A DNA stretch of 64,000 nt from Rhodospirillales bacterium. GTDB lineage: Bacteria > Pseudomonadota > Alphaproteobacteria > Bin95. Below are positions 30,375-42,560 of the stretch, piece after piece. The translations under genes were made by a program, and so were the position numbers. The stretch's first letter is position 1; each line of letters begins with the position of its first letter. The stretch spans positions 1,280,894 through 1,344,893 of the forward strand of contig JAYQLI010000035.1 in the NCBI GenBank assembly GCA_038143065.1, written 5' to 3'. The notes under the pieces are model-generated. The model worked only from the letters and a program-made list of their open reading frames with translations. It was not told where the DNA came from and ran no database searches.

Positions 30375-31387
30375 CGGACATAAAACTGTCGCCCAAACCA
30401 TCTCCAACGACCACTGCCGGCAGGCAGTGTGCAATTCACACGGTGCCTGCCAGGTGAAAACTTTTTTGGCAACCGTGCTTCAATGCGACGCTTTCCAAGT
30501 TGATTAAGTTGAAGTCGACCAATTCCGCTAGCGTAACATGCTAAAGTGGATAAAGCCCCAATCGATGGATCTACAGTAAAACCAAAGGCTGGTGGATTAT
30601 CATCATCACCAAGCATCATGTCACGCGGAGTAATATCACGGGCAATCAAGGGAATTGAACTAGCCAAGGTTCGAAAGCGCTCTAAGGCCCCGTAAGTTTC
30701 ATTTAACGCAAAACGCGGAAGATAAAACATATCCTCGAAATTGTGCAGCACGCCAGAATGCTGGCCAAAAGCCGCCAAATAACCTGCCTCTTGTATGGCC
30801 TCCCGAACATTTAGACTCGCTTCTCCATAAGGGTAAGCAAAGAGTTCCGGAATAAAACCGAGCTCAGATTTATACCGAGCATTGCTCTCGGCGATCTCAC
30901 GACGTACTTCTTCAAGCGGTAAATCAGCCAGGTGGGCGTGACTAGACGTATGAGCACCAATATCGAAACCCATCTGAATTGCACGCCTTACGTCATCCCA
31001 AGTCATGTAACCTGGCAACTTATCGTCAAGAGGCTTTGTGCTTACGAAAAGGGTGGCCGTAAATCCTGCTGCCTTAAGCTTAGGCAAACCATATTCGATC
31101 ACTGAGGCATATGCATCATCAATAGTAAGAGCAATGGTTTTGTCAGGCAAAGGTTGCTCTGATCTCAATCTGTCAACTATCTGAGAGAGGGGCAGAACAG
31201 TGAAGCCATTTTCCTTCAGATGGCGAATTTGAGAATCAAATTGCGCAAGCGTTGTATTCGTTGATGGATAAGAATCCTCACCAAATCTATGGTACATCAC
31301 AGCCACAGCATGCTCAAATGCAGAAGCAACAGTAGGCGACGCCGTTATCAATAACGCTAGTGTCAATATTTGAAGCCACTTAACCAT
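30371..31387 (-). CDS. Secreted polysaccharide deacetylase (CE4/NodB)
   Basis: Signal peptide; MYHRF, TIDDAY, HTSSH and FAYPYG motifs. Confidence 0.88.
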   Translation of the reverse strand: MVKWLQILTLALLITASPTVASAFEHAVAVMYHRFGEDSYPSTNTTLAQFDSQIRHLKENGFTVLPLSQIVDRLRSEQPLPDKTIALTIDDAYASVIEYGLPKLKAAGFTATLFVSTKPLDDKLPGYMTWDDVRRAIQMGFDIGAHTSSHAHLADLPLEEVRREIAESNARYKSELGFIPELFAYPYGEASLNVREAIQEAGYLAAFGQHSGVLHNFEDMFYLPRFALNETYGALERFRTLASSIPLIARDITPRDMMLGDDDNPPAFGFTVDPSIGALSTLACYASGIGRLQLNQLGKRRIEARLPKKFSPGRHRVNCTLPAGSGRWRWFGRQFYVR

Positions 31388-31443
31388 AGTGTTTAATGCA
31401 CATGTCAGGAATATAATTGCAAGTCATTGAGGTGTTGGATTGA

Positions 31444-31917
31444 ATGCCAGACTGTATCCTCATCAGGGAAATCAGGGCAGCAGACGCTGAACCTATTGCT
31501 TGTTTGTTTCAGGAAACAATTGGAGATGGTGGGGCTGCTGGTTGGACCCAGGGTGCCATTGAAAACCTGATACAAGATAATGGTTTTGGATTTGTTGCAG
31601 AACTTAATAGTACTGTTATAGGGGCTTGCATACTGCTCAAATCAGGAGAAGATGCTGAGATCTTAAATATCGCAACAGACTTTAAATATCGACGCCTTGG
31701 AGCTGCTCATAAAGTACTGAGGGCTGCATTACTTGCCTCACAAGGCCTAGGCTATTCGAGAATATTTTTAGAAGTTGCGGAAGATAACTTTGAAGCAAAA
31801 TCCGTCTATCAAGCAGTTGGGTTCAGCAAAATTGGGATCAGGCCGAAATATTATAAGAGAGGTTCGACGCCCATAGATGCGGAAGTATTATCTTTAGAAC
31901 TCAAGTCTTTTCGATAA
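31444..31917 (+). CDS. rimI: RimI-like GNAT N-acetyltransferase
   Basis: EILNIA, RRLG, FLEVAEDN and GIRPKYY motifs. Confidence 0.75.
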   Translation: MPDCILIREIRAADAEPIACLFQETIGDGGAAGWTQGAIENLIQDNGFGFVAELNSTVIGACILLKSGEDAEILNIATDFKYRRLGAAHKVLRAALLASQGLGYSRIFLEVAEDNFEAKSVYQAVGFSKIGIRPKYYKRGSTPIDAEVLSLELKSFR

Positions 31918-32167
31918 TTAAACTAAATAAGTTTTCACTTATCGCAATTAATGGCCCCACTATATGTCCAAGCTCTTTCGCTGATTTAGGTACATTTTGT
32001 GCAGGCTCACCGCCTCTCAAAATTACTTCAAGTTTTTCCCCAACCAACATTTTATCTAGAGCAAGTCTCGTCCTAACAAATGTCATTGGGCATCGATCTT
32101 CAGTTATATCTATCCGATGTTTTACTTCGGAATTAGAATTTTTTTGTTCTTTATCTGAAGAAGACAT
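31901..32167 (-). CDS. tusA: TusA family sulfur carrier
   Basis: IDITEDRCPMTFVRTRLAL (CPM variant of the CPxP motif). Confidence 0.75.
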   Translation of the reverse strand: MSSSDKEQKNSNSEVKHRIDITEDRCPMTFVRTRLALDKMLVGEKLEVILRGGEPAQNVPKSAKELGHIVGPLIAISENLFSLIIEKT

Positions 32168-32252
32168 CTTATTTAACCTTGAATAAGTATTATCTCATAT
32201 ATATATGCCTTTTATATTTACAAAATTTTTAAATTTTTGGAGCTTTACTTAA

Positions 32253-32669
32253 ATGTCAGAAGAGCAAAATGAGATGACTAGAGAATTACTAGAACATACT
32301 ACTGAAATTGTTGCCGCGCATGTTGCTAACAATCCTGTGGCAGTCAATGATCTTCCAGAATTAATTCGCCAAGTTTACACGACGTTATCTCAAGTTGACG
32401 CTCACTCGGCACCCCAGGCTGAAAAGCCTCAGCCAGCTGTTTCTATAAAGAAATCTATTACCCCTGATTATTTAATCTGCTTAGAAGATGGAAAACAGCT
32501 GAAAATGCTGAAGCGTCATCTAAAAACTGCCTATGATATGTCGCCAGAAAGTTATCGCGAAAAATGGGGTCTTCCTCATGACTACCCAATGGTTGCCCCT
32601 AACTATGCTGCTCAACGCAGCTCACTTGCCAAGAAAATTGGACTTGGGACACGCGCTCGTCGTCGCTAA
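32253..32669 (+). CDS. mucR: Ros/MucR family regulator
   Basis: PAVSIKKS, ICLEDGK..KMLKRHL and YPMVAPNYA motifs. Confidence 0.95.
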   Translation: MSEEQNEMTRELLEHTTEIVAAHVANNPVAVNDLPELIRQVYTTLSQVDAHSAPQAEKPQPAVSIKKSITPDYLICLEDGKQLKMLKRHLKTAYDMSPESYREKWGLPHDYPMVAPNYAAQRSSLAKKIGLGTRARRR

Positions 32670-32720
32670 TTCGTTTTTCATTGAATAGCGGGCAGCATTG
32701 CGTAAATTTTTTGTTTTCAT

Positions 32721-32755
32721 AAAACGCTCACTTTCCATAGGAAGTGGGCGTTTTT
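32721..32755 (+). terminator. Intrinsic terminator after mucR
   Basis: AAAACGCTCACTT-loop-AAGTGGGCGTTTTT. Confidence 0.75.
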
Positions 32756-32889
32756 AATACCATAAAATATCAACCTCTCTAGCGATTTGCTCTTGCAAGA
32801 TAGGCTTTACAGTTCCACTTTGACTTAGTGATACGAACAGGTCATTCAGAAGTTCCGGCTTAATATTGCTAAACTCAACAGGAAAAGAG

Positions 32890-33854
32890 ATGGAACGGCT
32901 TATGCCGATCGCAATAAAGCGACCACTAGCAAAGCACCGACTTTGGGGACGCGTAAGGCCGCCTCGTGGTCGCTATTTTGGCGGTAAAAAACCATTCTTA
33001 TTTGTTCGAGCCTTGCGGCGAGGAAAACAGCCAACGCGACTTGGGGAACTAAGGATGGCAGCTGGCCGTTTGGAGGTAAGACTAGCTAAAAATGATGCTG
33101 AGATAGCGGCAGCACAGCGACTGCGCTACGAAGTTTTTATGAAGAACTATCGGCTAAAGCTTCACCTGAAGTCGCAGCAGAGCGCCGTGATTTTGATCGT
33201 TTTGATCCATTCTGTGACCACCTGATAGTTCTTGATCATGCAGAGGCGCCTGCACGTGTCGTAGGGGTTTACAGACTACTTCGACGTGACATGGCAGCCC
33301 GAGTTGGGCAATTTTATACCCAAGACGAATTTAATATCCGCAAACTGCTTCGTGGAGGCCGACAAGTATTAGAACTGGGACGATCCTGCGTACACCCTGA
33401 TTTTCGCAGCGCTGGAGTGATGAATCTTATGTGGCGTGCGTTAGCGCACTACATAGTGATGCATGATGTGAAAATTCTTTTTGGATGTGCAAGTTTTCCT
33501 GGTGCCGATCCTGAAAAGCACGAGTTAGCACTAAGTTATCTTTACCAAAAACATTTAGCACCCAGTCAAATTCGACCTCGCGCCATTAGAAAACGCTTCG
33601 TCAATATGAACCGTTTAAGTGAAGAGTCAGTTGATGAGAAAGATGCTCAGTTGGCAATCCCACCCCTTTTGCGTGGTTACCTTAGACTTGGTGGTGTTAT
33701 TGGTGATGGGGCGGTTGTGGACGAACAGTTTGATACGTTAGATGTTTGTATTGTTGTCCGTACAGACCAGCTTGCTGAAGATTATGCGAGGCGGTACCAG
33801 CGAATGCGTGATAAGACTGGAGTGGATGCGGCAGGAGCCCCTCTGGGGGCCTAA
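32890..33854 (+). CDS. olsB: Ornithine N-acyltransferase OlsB-like GNAT (frameshift near 33138)
   Basis: AAQRLRYEVF, D.FD..CDHL, ELGRSCVHPDFR and PPLLRGYLRLG motifs. Confidence 0.75.
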
Positions 33855-33862
33855 ACAGTCAG

Positions 33863-34639
33863 ATGATTCCAGCGATCAGGATTACTGCCCTTGTATTGTG
33901 GAGTGCAGTTTGTGTCCTAGCATTTGGGTTGCTTAAAATTTTATTCTCAAGAAAAGTTAATTCCTTTCCAAAGCTTTATCATTCGGGGGTGCTGAGGGTT
34001 TTTGGAATAAAAATAACATCAGTTGGAACAATGCAGTCCAGCCATCCCACTTTGTTTATCTGCAACCATATTTCGTATCTCGATATTTTTGTACTTGGAG
34101 CTTTCATTAACGGGTCGTTCGTCGCGAAAGCCGAAGTGGCCAAATGGCCTGTAGCTGGTTACATGGCAAAATTGCAACGAACCGTATTTATCGAAAGGCA
34201 GCGTCGCAGCAGCACGGGTGAACAGCGAAATTTGCTTCAGAGCCGCTTGGAGGATGGCGACAATATTATCCTCTTTCCCGAAGGAACAAGTTTTGACGGC
34301 GCTCGAGTTCTTCCTTTTAAAAGCGCCTTATTTGCAGCCGCTGAGCAAAAAATTGGTGACAGTTCGATAAAAGTTCAGCCAGTATCTATTGCTTACACTA
34401 CTATGGATGGACTTCCTCTAACACGGGCACAACGGCCATCTGTCGCCTGGTATGGCGACATGTCATTACTTCCTCATATATTGAATTTTTTAAAAGCGAG
34501 TAAAACAGAGGTAACATTGAAATTTCACACCCCCGTTAGTATGGACGAATTCAAAAATCGTCGCCAACTCTCTACCCACTGTTATAATATTATAGCTAAA
34601 GGGGTGGAGGATGTTATCTATAATCGAAGCAAACAATAA
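33863..34639 (+). CDS. Lysolipid acyltransferase (OlsA/PlsC family)
   Basis: NHISYLD, FVAK, FPEGT and WYGD motifs; adjacent to olsB. Confidence 0.85.
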   Translation: MIPAIRITALVLWSAVCVLAFGLLKILFSRKVNSFPKLYHSGVLRVFGIKITSVGTMQSSHPTLFICNHISYLDIFVLGAFINGSFVAKAEVAKWPVAGYMAKLQRTVFIERQRRSSTGEQRNLLQSRLEDGDNIILFPEGTSFDGARVLPFKSALFAAAEQKIGDSSIKVQPVSIAYTTMDGLPLTRAQRPSVAWYGDMSLLPHILNFLKASKTEVTLKFHTPVSMDEFKNRRQLSTHCYNIIAKGVEDVIYNRSKQ

Positions 34640-34752
34640 AAATGCCAACCAATTGAAAAAGTTTATCCAAGAAAAACTTGACTTGAGACACTTCATACGT
34701 ACCTTGCGCCGCCATGCAAACGCATATTGAAAAGAGTAACGGCAAAAAGCCG

Positions 34753-36114
34753 ATGAAGCTCTTCATAAAAACTTATGGCTGTCAGATGAATGTCTATGAC
34801 TCCGCTCGTATGGCGGACGTCTTAGCAACCATTGGCTTTGGTTCGACTGCGACACCAGAAGACGCCGACCTCGTAGTGCTGAACACATGCCATATACGCG
34901 AAAAAGCTGCCGAAAAAGTTTATTCTGAACTTGGACGCCTTAAAGTCTTGCGAGATCAGCGAAAAGCTGCAGGTGGAAACGACATGCTTATTGCCGTGGC
35001 TGGGTGCGTAGCCCAAGCCGAAGGGCAAGAAATTCAAAGGCGAGCACCGGCAGTCGATATTGTTGTGGGGCCCCAAGCCTATCACCGACTCAGTGGAATG
35101 GTGAACCGTCTCCTTCAAAGCAGAGGCCATCGTGAGACCGATACGGATTTTCCTCCCGAAAGCAAATTCGATGCTCTGCCAGAAGAGTCCGCACCCCAAG
35201 GCCCAGCTGCATTTCTTACAATTCAGGAAGGGTGTGATAAATTCTGCACCTTCTGTGTAGTTCCTTATACCCGTGGAGCTGAATTCTCGCGACCAGCGCA
35301 TGACGTAATTGCCGAGGCTAAGCGCCTCTCTGCTCAAGGAACTCGAGAAATAACTTTGCTCGGTCAAAACGTGAATGCCTATCATGGCCGGAGCCCCGAT
35401 GGTGGCACGTGGAGCCTCGCCAACCTCATTCAGGAACTATCTGAAATCGATGGCATAGATAGAATTCGATTCACCACTTCGCATCCCCGGGATATGACCG
35501 AGGATTTAATCACAGCATTTGCAGATGTGCCTGCTCTGATGCCCTACCTACACCTTCCTGTACAATCAGGTGCAGATCGCATCCTTAAAAAGATGAACCG
35601 TGGACATAACCGGCAGTTTTATTTCGATATAGTGCAACAACTGCGAAGTGCCCGCGCAGATTTAGCTCTTTCATCTGATTTCATAGTTGGCTTCCCAGGC
35701 GAGAACGATGAAGATTTCGAAGCTACAATGGACCTGGTAAGGACAGTTGGGTTCGCGCAGGCTTACTCGTTTAAGTATAGCCCACGCCCAGGTACCCCTG
35801 CAGCCACCCAAGACGATCAAGTCCATGAAACTGTTAAGTCAGAACGGCTTGCGCATCTTCAAGATGTACTAAATCAACAGCAACTAGCATTCAACGCTGA
35901 GATGTCAGGCTCTCAAATCGACGTGCTTTTTGATCGAGAAGGTCGGAAACCCGGGCAAATTGTTGGCCGCTCTCCGTGGCTACAGGCAACCCACGTCAAC
36001 GTAGAAAACGCCAAAGTAAAGAGCCTTTTAGGGGAAATCCGCCGAGTTCGCATAAGCCGAGGCGCACCCAATGGTCTTATTGGTTCACTGATTTTGGATG
36101 GGGAGGTCGCTTGA
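34753..36114 (+). CDS. miaB: tRNA-2-methylthio-N6-dimethylallyladenosine synthase
   Basis: KTYGCQMN, radical SAM CDKFCTFC, YSPRPGTPA; alternative start 34714. Confidence 0.96.
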   Translation: MKLFIKTYGCQMNVYDSARMADVLATIGFGSTATPEDADLVVLNTCHIREKAAEKVYSELGRLKVLRDQRKAAGGNDMLIAVAGCVAQAEGQEIQRRAPAVDIVVGPQAYHRLSGMVNRLLQSRGHRETDTDFPPESKFDALPEESAPQGPAAFLTIQEGCDKFCTFCVVPYTRGAEFSRPAHDVIAEAKRLSAQGTREITLLGQNVNAYHGRSPDGGTWSLANLIQELSEIDGIDRIRFTTSHPRDMTEDLITAFADVPALMPYLHLPVQSGADRILKKMNRGHNRQFYFDIVQQLRSARADLALSSDFIVGFPGENDEDFEATMDLVRTVGFAQAYSFKYSPRPGTPAATQDDQVHETVKSERLAHLQDVLNQQQLAFNAEMSGSQIDVLFDREGRKPGQIVGRSPWLQATHVNVENAKVKSLLGEIRRVRISRGAPNGLIGSLILDGEVA

Positions 36115-37089
36115 CGACTAACGATCATAATTCTCCCGCTCGCGCAGAGTTAACTTTCGAGGATGAAACACACCTACCAAACCTTTTTGGCGCTTATGAC
36201 AGACATCTTGCCAGGTTAGAGAGAGAATTCGGTGTGAGCGTTGCATCTCGAGGAGGAAACATCGCTATCACCGGATCAGCTAATTCCGTAGCTAGTGCAG
36301 AAACAGCTCTTCGTTGGCTTTACGATAGTGCTCAGTCAGGCCAAGTGATAAATGAAGGTAAAGTTAGCGACGCGGTTCGTACAGCGCGATTTGGAAAGCT
36401 AGACACTTCCGCGGCAATAGATGTTTATAAAAACCCGATACAGCCGCGCTCTGGCGCACAATCACACTATGTAGAAACTATTCGTCGATCAAAGCTGACA
36501 TTTGCAGCGGGCCCCGCAGGTACTGGCAAGACGTTCCTAGCAGTTGCCGTAGCAGTTGAAATGATGAAGCGTCGGATGGTGGACCGTATAATTTTATCTA
36601 GACCTGCCGTTGAGGCCGGTGAAAAACTGGGTTTTCTTCCCGGCGATCTACGAGAGAAAGTTGATCCATATCTGCGACCATTAAAAGATGCTTTGATGCA
36701 GATGATGCCCGCGGATATGGTCGACAGACGGCTTGCAAACGAAGAAATAGAAGCAGCCCCCTTGCGTTCATGCGCGGGCGGACACTCGCTCACGCGTTTA
36801 TCATTCTTGATGAAGCTCAAAATACCACTCCCATGCAAATGAAAATGGCCCTTACTCGAATAGGGAAGGAAGTAGGATGGTTGTTACTGGAGACCCCAGC
36901 CAGACAGACCTTCCACCCGGTCAACGCTCCGGATTATCTGACGCTCTTGAAATTTTACCTGGTCTAAAAGACGTCTCCGTTTCGAATTTCAGTGCAAAAG
37001 ACGTAGTGCGGGAAGATTTAGTTGCAGCAATAGTGTCAGCTTACGACTCTAGACAAAGGCGGCTTTCGGAATCACCGGATAATGCCTAA
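36111..37089 (+). CDS. phoH: PhoH family ATPase (two frameshifts)
   Basis: [34 protein letters not shown] and GDPSQTDL spread over three frames. Confidence 0.9.
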
Positions 37090-37596
37090 GAACCCTGTAG
37101 AAACAGATAATTCGCGAGAAGTAATCATAGATACAGATGACTGGAAAGGGACACCATTCGAGGACGGAGAGGCCCACGAAATCGTTGTCACAGCAATTGA
37201 AGCCGCAGCAGGCGAACTTAAGCTAGGCTCAAATATTGGCTTGACGGTATTATTAACAAATGACTTCGAAATTCAAAAACTTAACAAGCAATTCCGCGGC
37301 AAAGATTATCCTACTAATGTTTTATCCTTCCTGCATTTTCTCCAGGAGCAATCCCCTCTGAAGGTCATATAGGTGATATAGCCGTTGCCTTTGAGACATT
37401 ATTAGCCGAGTCTTCATCTGAGAATAAAAATCCTGGTCATCATCTGGCACATATGATTGTTCACGGACTAGCGCACTTAGCTGGCCACGATCATAATACT
37501 GACGCCGAAGCTGATATAATGGAGGCAATTGAAGTGCGATCACTCGCGCAACTTGGCGTTACAAATCCTTATTTAGAAGAGGCCTGCGAAACGTGA
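37082..37596 (+). CDS. ybeY: Endoribonuclease YbeY (frameshift near 37331)
   Basis: LNKQFRGKDYPTNVLSF, then HGLAHLAGHDH in the shifted frame. Confidence 0.9.
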
Positions 37597-38501
37597 CCGG
37601 GGAAAATGGACACAATGGTGCTTTTGGTGGACTTATACGCCGTCTAACAAGGCGTAACGGCGAGCAAGATCTCCGCACAACCCTAGCTGAATTGGTTGAT
37701 CAGGAGAGTGGTGAAACCCCTTCTATTTCCCCGGCTGAACGCCAGATAATTGAAAACTCTCTATCTCTCAGCGAGCTTTCTGTTGCTGATGTGATGGCAC
37801 CTCGCGCAGATATTGACGGAGTAGATATCTCCCTTGGCATTTCCAATGCTGTGCAAAAGGCGCGTGAAACTTACCACTCCAGGTTACCTGTCTATAGAGG
37901 CGATTTAGACGAGGTCATAGGCATGGTTCATGTCAAAGATCTTTTGGTAGCCGTTACGAGCGACAATACTTCGGATGATTTAGCTCCCTTGCTTCGCGAT
38001 GTTTTATTTGTTGTACCATCAATGCGCGTTATCGAGCTGCTTCTACAAATGCAGGTCAGCCGAACTCATATGGCATTAGTCGTTGATGAATACGGAGGTA
38101 TCGACGGTCTTGTTACGGTCGAAGATGTTGTCGAAGAAATTATTGGTGAAATGCGCGACGAGCATGATAACGCAGTGTCACCAGAAATCATTGATCAGAA
38201 CGACGGCAGCATCATTGCGAGTGCCCGTACTCTGCTTGAGGATTTCGAAGAGAAGGTAGGATTCATTTTAACTGAAGACGAACGCGAGGAAATTGATACA
38301 ATTGGAGGACTAGTGGTCAGCCTCCTTGGTCGAGTGCCTACGCGTGGTGAGATTATAGCTCATGAGTCAGGAGTGGAGTTTGAGGTGCTCGCCGGTGATC
38401 CGCGCCGCGTGCATCGCCTAAGAGTAAAAAATATCCAGAATTCACTTAATTCCTCAGCCTCAGAGAAGGATGAAGCTGAAAAACAAGACGGTTCAGTCTA
38501 A
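37593..38501 (+). CDS. corC: CorC/HlyC CBS-domain protein
   Basis: HSRLPVY, VVDEYGGIDGLVTVED and C-terminal CorC domain; synteny. Confidence 0.85.
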   Translation: MTGENGHNGAFGGLIRRLTRRNGEQDLRTTLAELVDQESGETPSISPAERQIIENSLSLSELSVADVMAPRADIDGVDISLGISNAVQKARETYHSRLPVYRGDLDEVIGMVHVKDLLVAVTSDNTSDDLAPLLRDVLFVVPSMRVIELLLQMQVSRTHMALVVDEYGGIDGLVTVEDVVEEIIGEMRDEHDNAVSPEIIDQNDGSIIASARTLLEDFEEKVGFILTEDEREEIDTIGGLVVSLLGRVPTRGEIIAHESGVEFEVLAGDPRRVHRLRVKNIQNSLNSSASEKDEAEKQDGSV

Positions 38502-38509
38502 CCCTGTTG

Positions 38510-40045
38510 ATGAAGCACACTGATTTTTTAAAGCTTTTATTACTAGTAATTTTTGGGATTACTGGAGCATTTGGATTTCCACCCTGGGGGCTTACTCCTC
38601 TCACATTGATTGCGGTGGCGGGTTTAGGACTAATCATTGCTTCTGCACCACCTTTCCGTGCAGCCTTCCACTCTTGGGTTATGTTTAGTGCTCAAAATTT
38701 TGTTGCGCTGAGCTGGATTTCAGAGGCTTTTCTAGTTGTATACCCCGAAATGGGGCTTATTGCTTTTGCTCCAGTGTTTTGCCTGTCAGCAGGACTTGCA
38801 ATAATTCCATCTTTATTAATTTACGCTTGGGGACGGCTTTGGCCCAAAAATAGAACTACCCTCACAGCCTCAATGCTAGGATTAGCCTTATTTTTGAGTT
38901 GTGCTGAGTGGCTTACAGGGCATGTGCTAACCGGCTTTCCTTGGGCTATCACTGCGCTGGCCGCTTCCGAAATTAAATTATCCCAGTCTGCGGCAACATT
39001 TGGAGCGTACGGTGTTGGTCTATTGTTACTTGCACCCTCTTTGACTTTTGCAGGTTCATTTTGGGACTTTTTAAAAAACAAAAGGCTGCCTTTTGGAGAT
39101 GTGGCCCTTGTTGGCTTAACAGTAATCCTCATATCGGGAAGTTGGATTTCACATTCTCACCCAGCTCCTCAGCTTGATACTAATAACACTTGGCCAGTTA
39201 TCAGATTAGTACAAGCTAATACGCCTCAAAGAGAGAAATGGAAGCCTGAAAATAGGGGGTTATTTTTGCTCGTCACCTTGCATTAAGTGAGGCTCCTGCA
39301 ACTGATCGGTTAGCAGCCATAATTTGGCCAGAAACAGCAACGCCCTTCCGAGTTACAGAAGAAGCCAAGTTATTGGCACGAATTGCAGAGGTAGCAAAGG
39401 CACATCAGGGATATGTATTACTCGGCACCCCTACACGCGCAAGTAATACGTCAGGACTGCGCGGCTATAATAATAGCCTTATTGCTGTGAATTCAGGCGG
39501 AGACATCTCTTTAAGATATAACAAAGCACATCTTGTTCCGGGCGGGGAATATGTGCCGTTCCAAAATTATTTACCACTTGAAAAACTAGTAGAAAACCGT
39601 GGCTCGTTTATTCCCGGCCCTGGGCTACAAACAATCCATCTCTAATCTTCCACCATTCAGCCCATTAATTTGCTATGAGATAATTTTTCCAGGCGAAGTC
39701 GTACTTGAGAAGGACAGGCCTGATTGGATTATTAATATTACTAACGATGCTTGGTACGGGAATTCGGCAGGCCCTTATCAGCACCTCGCTATTTCTCGAC
39801 TTCGTGCAATCGAGGAAGGCTTGCCCTTAGTGCGAGTAGCCAATACTGGAATTTCGGCGGCTTTCGATGGGAAAGGAAGAGAACTTGGCCGGATTCCACT
39901 GGAAACGACTGGTTTTATTGACGTTGCTCTTCCACCACCAGAGAAGCCAACTTTGTATAGTAAATTTGGGGATCTTACTTATCTAATACTGCTGCTTGGT
40001 CTTGCAATTCCCAGCCTGGCTTCAGGAATGTTTAGGCGTTCCTAA
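38510..40045 (+). CDS. lnt: Apolipoprotein N-acyltransferase (two frameshifts)
   Basis: TGFPW, IWPETA, YNKAHLVPGGEY, ICYE, TNDAW and VRVANTGIS motifs. Confidence 0.92.
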
Positions 40046-42560
40046 GAATTGACCCCGGCGCTACAGATAATGCTCGCCAAATTCCAGCCCCCCCAGCACT
40101 CATAGCCAAAGTCAACGCCAAGGCAGCAGGAATGAACGCTGACAAAAATGAAAAATGCCAAATTATTTGTAAAAGGTAGGTCACAATCGCCCAAGCACCA
40201 ATGGTTCCCACCATAACTGACAACAAAGCCGTTATCGCTCCTACCAAGCCAAACTCTATAATGTAGGCTGATATAATTTGACTTCGGGTTGCACCGGCAG
40301 TTTTCAGTAGAACTGCATCATTAACTCTTCGATTATGACTTGCTGCAACCGCACCAGCCAGAGTTAATGCGCCAGCAATCACGGCAACGGCAGCAACTAT
40401 AACGAGTGCATTACTAATTTTACTCACAATTCCTTTTGCTAGAGCAACTACATCCTTAACGCGGACAACTGTGACGTTTGGGAATTTCTCTGAAATTTCC
40501 TGAAGGATAGTTACCTCTTCACCTACAGGTGCAGTTGCGGTCGCGAGGATGGTATGGGGCACCTGATCAAGAGTAATTGGATCAAAAATTGTAGAAAAAT
40601 TCATCGTAAAATCGGCATAGTTAACATGACGCAAGTTTTTTATGGTCGCGGTAATCTCACGACCTAGCACATTGAAACTAAGTGTATCACCAACACCCAC
40701 GCCAAACCCATCTGCGATGCGAGCATCAAATGAAATTAACGGATCGCCCTTATAATTATCAGGCCACCAATCACCTTCAGAAATCCTAATATTTTTCGGT
40801 GGATAAGCAGCAAAAGTCAGACCACGTTCGTTTTGGGTCGCCCATTGTACGGATTTCTTAATCTTTGCTTTCTCCACCAAAACTCCATTTATGCGAGTTA
40901 TACGAGCCCGAAGCATTGGCGCCTCACTGTCCAATGTGACGTCAGGTTTATTTTTTAAAAGCTTTGCAAAACTCGACCGCTGATAGGGCTGAATATCAAC
41001 GAAGAAAAAGTTGGGGCTTGGCCAGCTATCCGTTCATCAAGTTGGTGCCTGAACGCCGCTTCGGTGAGTGTCATACATGTTAACGCGGTTAAACCTAGAC
41101 CCAGAGAAAGAATAATAACTATTGTAGGCGCGCCCGGGCGCGATATACCAGACAACGCTAACCTAAATATCGGACTTCTAAATCTCGGAGCCAAGCGGAT
41201 AAAACGTATGAGAAGAAATGACAATAATAGAAAGCAGAAAGCTGCAAAAACAGCTCCTGTTATAAATACAATCGCGATAAATTTACTGCTGGCCATATAA
41301 ACGGCCATGAAAATCAATCCAATCGCTGCAAGAACAATTAAAGCCAGCCGTTTTGCACTTGGGCGTATTCCTGTAATTCCTAATTCTGAACCTCTAACTA
41401 AGTCTGCAGGATGCAATCTCTCTGCCGCAGCCAGGGGCCAAAGAGTATATACAAACGCAGTTAGCACACCATATGCCAGCGCCAGAAAAAATGTTTCAAC
41501 GTCTAAATACCAATTGATATTCAATCCTAAAACATTCGAGAAAATTGGAGCAAAAACTAGTGGGATTATAGAGCCTATAGATGCTCCAATAATGCTTGCA
41601 GTGAAAGCCATCATCCCAACTTGAATTAAGTAAGACTTGAATATTACATCAGCTGAGGCACCCAAACATTTAAGAATGGCAACGGTTCGAGAGCGTTGGT
41701 CCATGTATGCTTTAACTGAATTTGCTGCACCAACCCCACCTACCAATAGAGCAGCCAAACCAGCAAGAGTGAGAAATAAACCCAAGCGATCTATGGTACG
41801 TTTAATGTCCGGGGCAGCTTCGTTATATGTCCGAAGCCTCCATCCTGGGTCTCCAAATAGGTCTTTGATTTTACTAACAACTACTTTTGCATCTTCTCCA
41901 GCTTGCAACGCAATGCGGTGGTACCAGGTTACCAGAGATCCCGGCAAAACTAGTCCTGCGGATTTCAAAGCAACATGATTTATCATGACCCTGGGGCCAT
42001 ATGATATTAATCCTACGCCACGGTCGGGCTCCGATAAAATTATGCTTCGGATCTCAAATTCTGCCTTATTTAGGCGAAAACTATCACCGAGTTTCAGTCC
42101 TGAGGACTCAAGGAATAACTTTTCAACTGCCGCTCCATATCTACCTTTACGCAAGGAAAATAATTCAGAGCCCAACGGCCCAGGAGAAATACTAAAATCA
42201 CCGTACAGAGGGTAATTAGAGTCCACAGCTTTCAATGCAACAAGCAGAGACTTCCCATTTGTTCGTGCCATAGTCCTCAGCTCAGCTATCCTGGTGGCAC
42301 GACCCAAACTTTCAAAAAATCTATCTGTACTGGGAGGGCTTCGCGATAAAGAAGTCGCACTTCAACATCACCTCCCGTTAGACTTTTGCATCGCGAGATA
42401 TAGCATTCTTGACAGCGACTTGAGCTGCCCCCACCGCAGAAATAGCCGCTACGCCAATAGCTAAACACAAAATCATAATTCGAAAGCCGCGAAGTCCGCT
42501 TATAAAAACATCCCGCAACTCTCTAAAGGCAATAACCCAGGCAAGATACCAATTCATCAT
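40032..42560 (-). CDS. YbbP-like ABC transporter permease (several frameshifts)
   Basis: Two FtsX-like halves; LKAVDSNYPLYG and LKCLGAS; next to an ATPase and an arylesterase. Confidence 0.82.
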
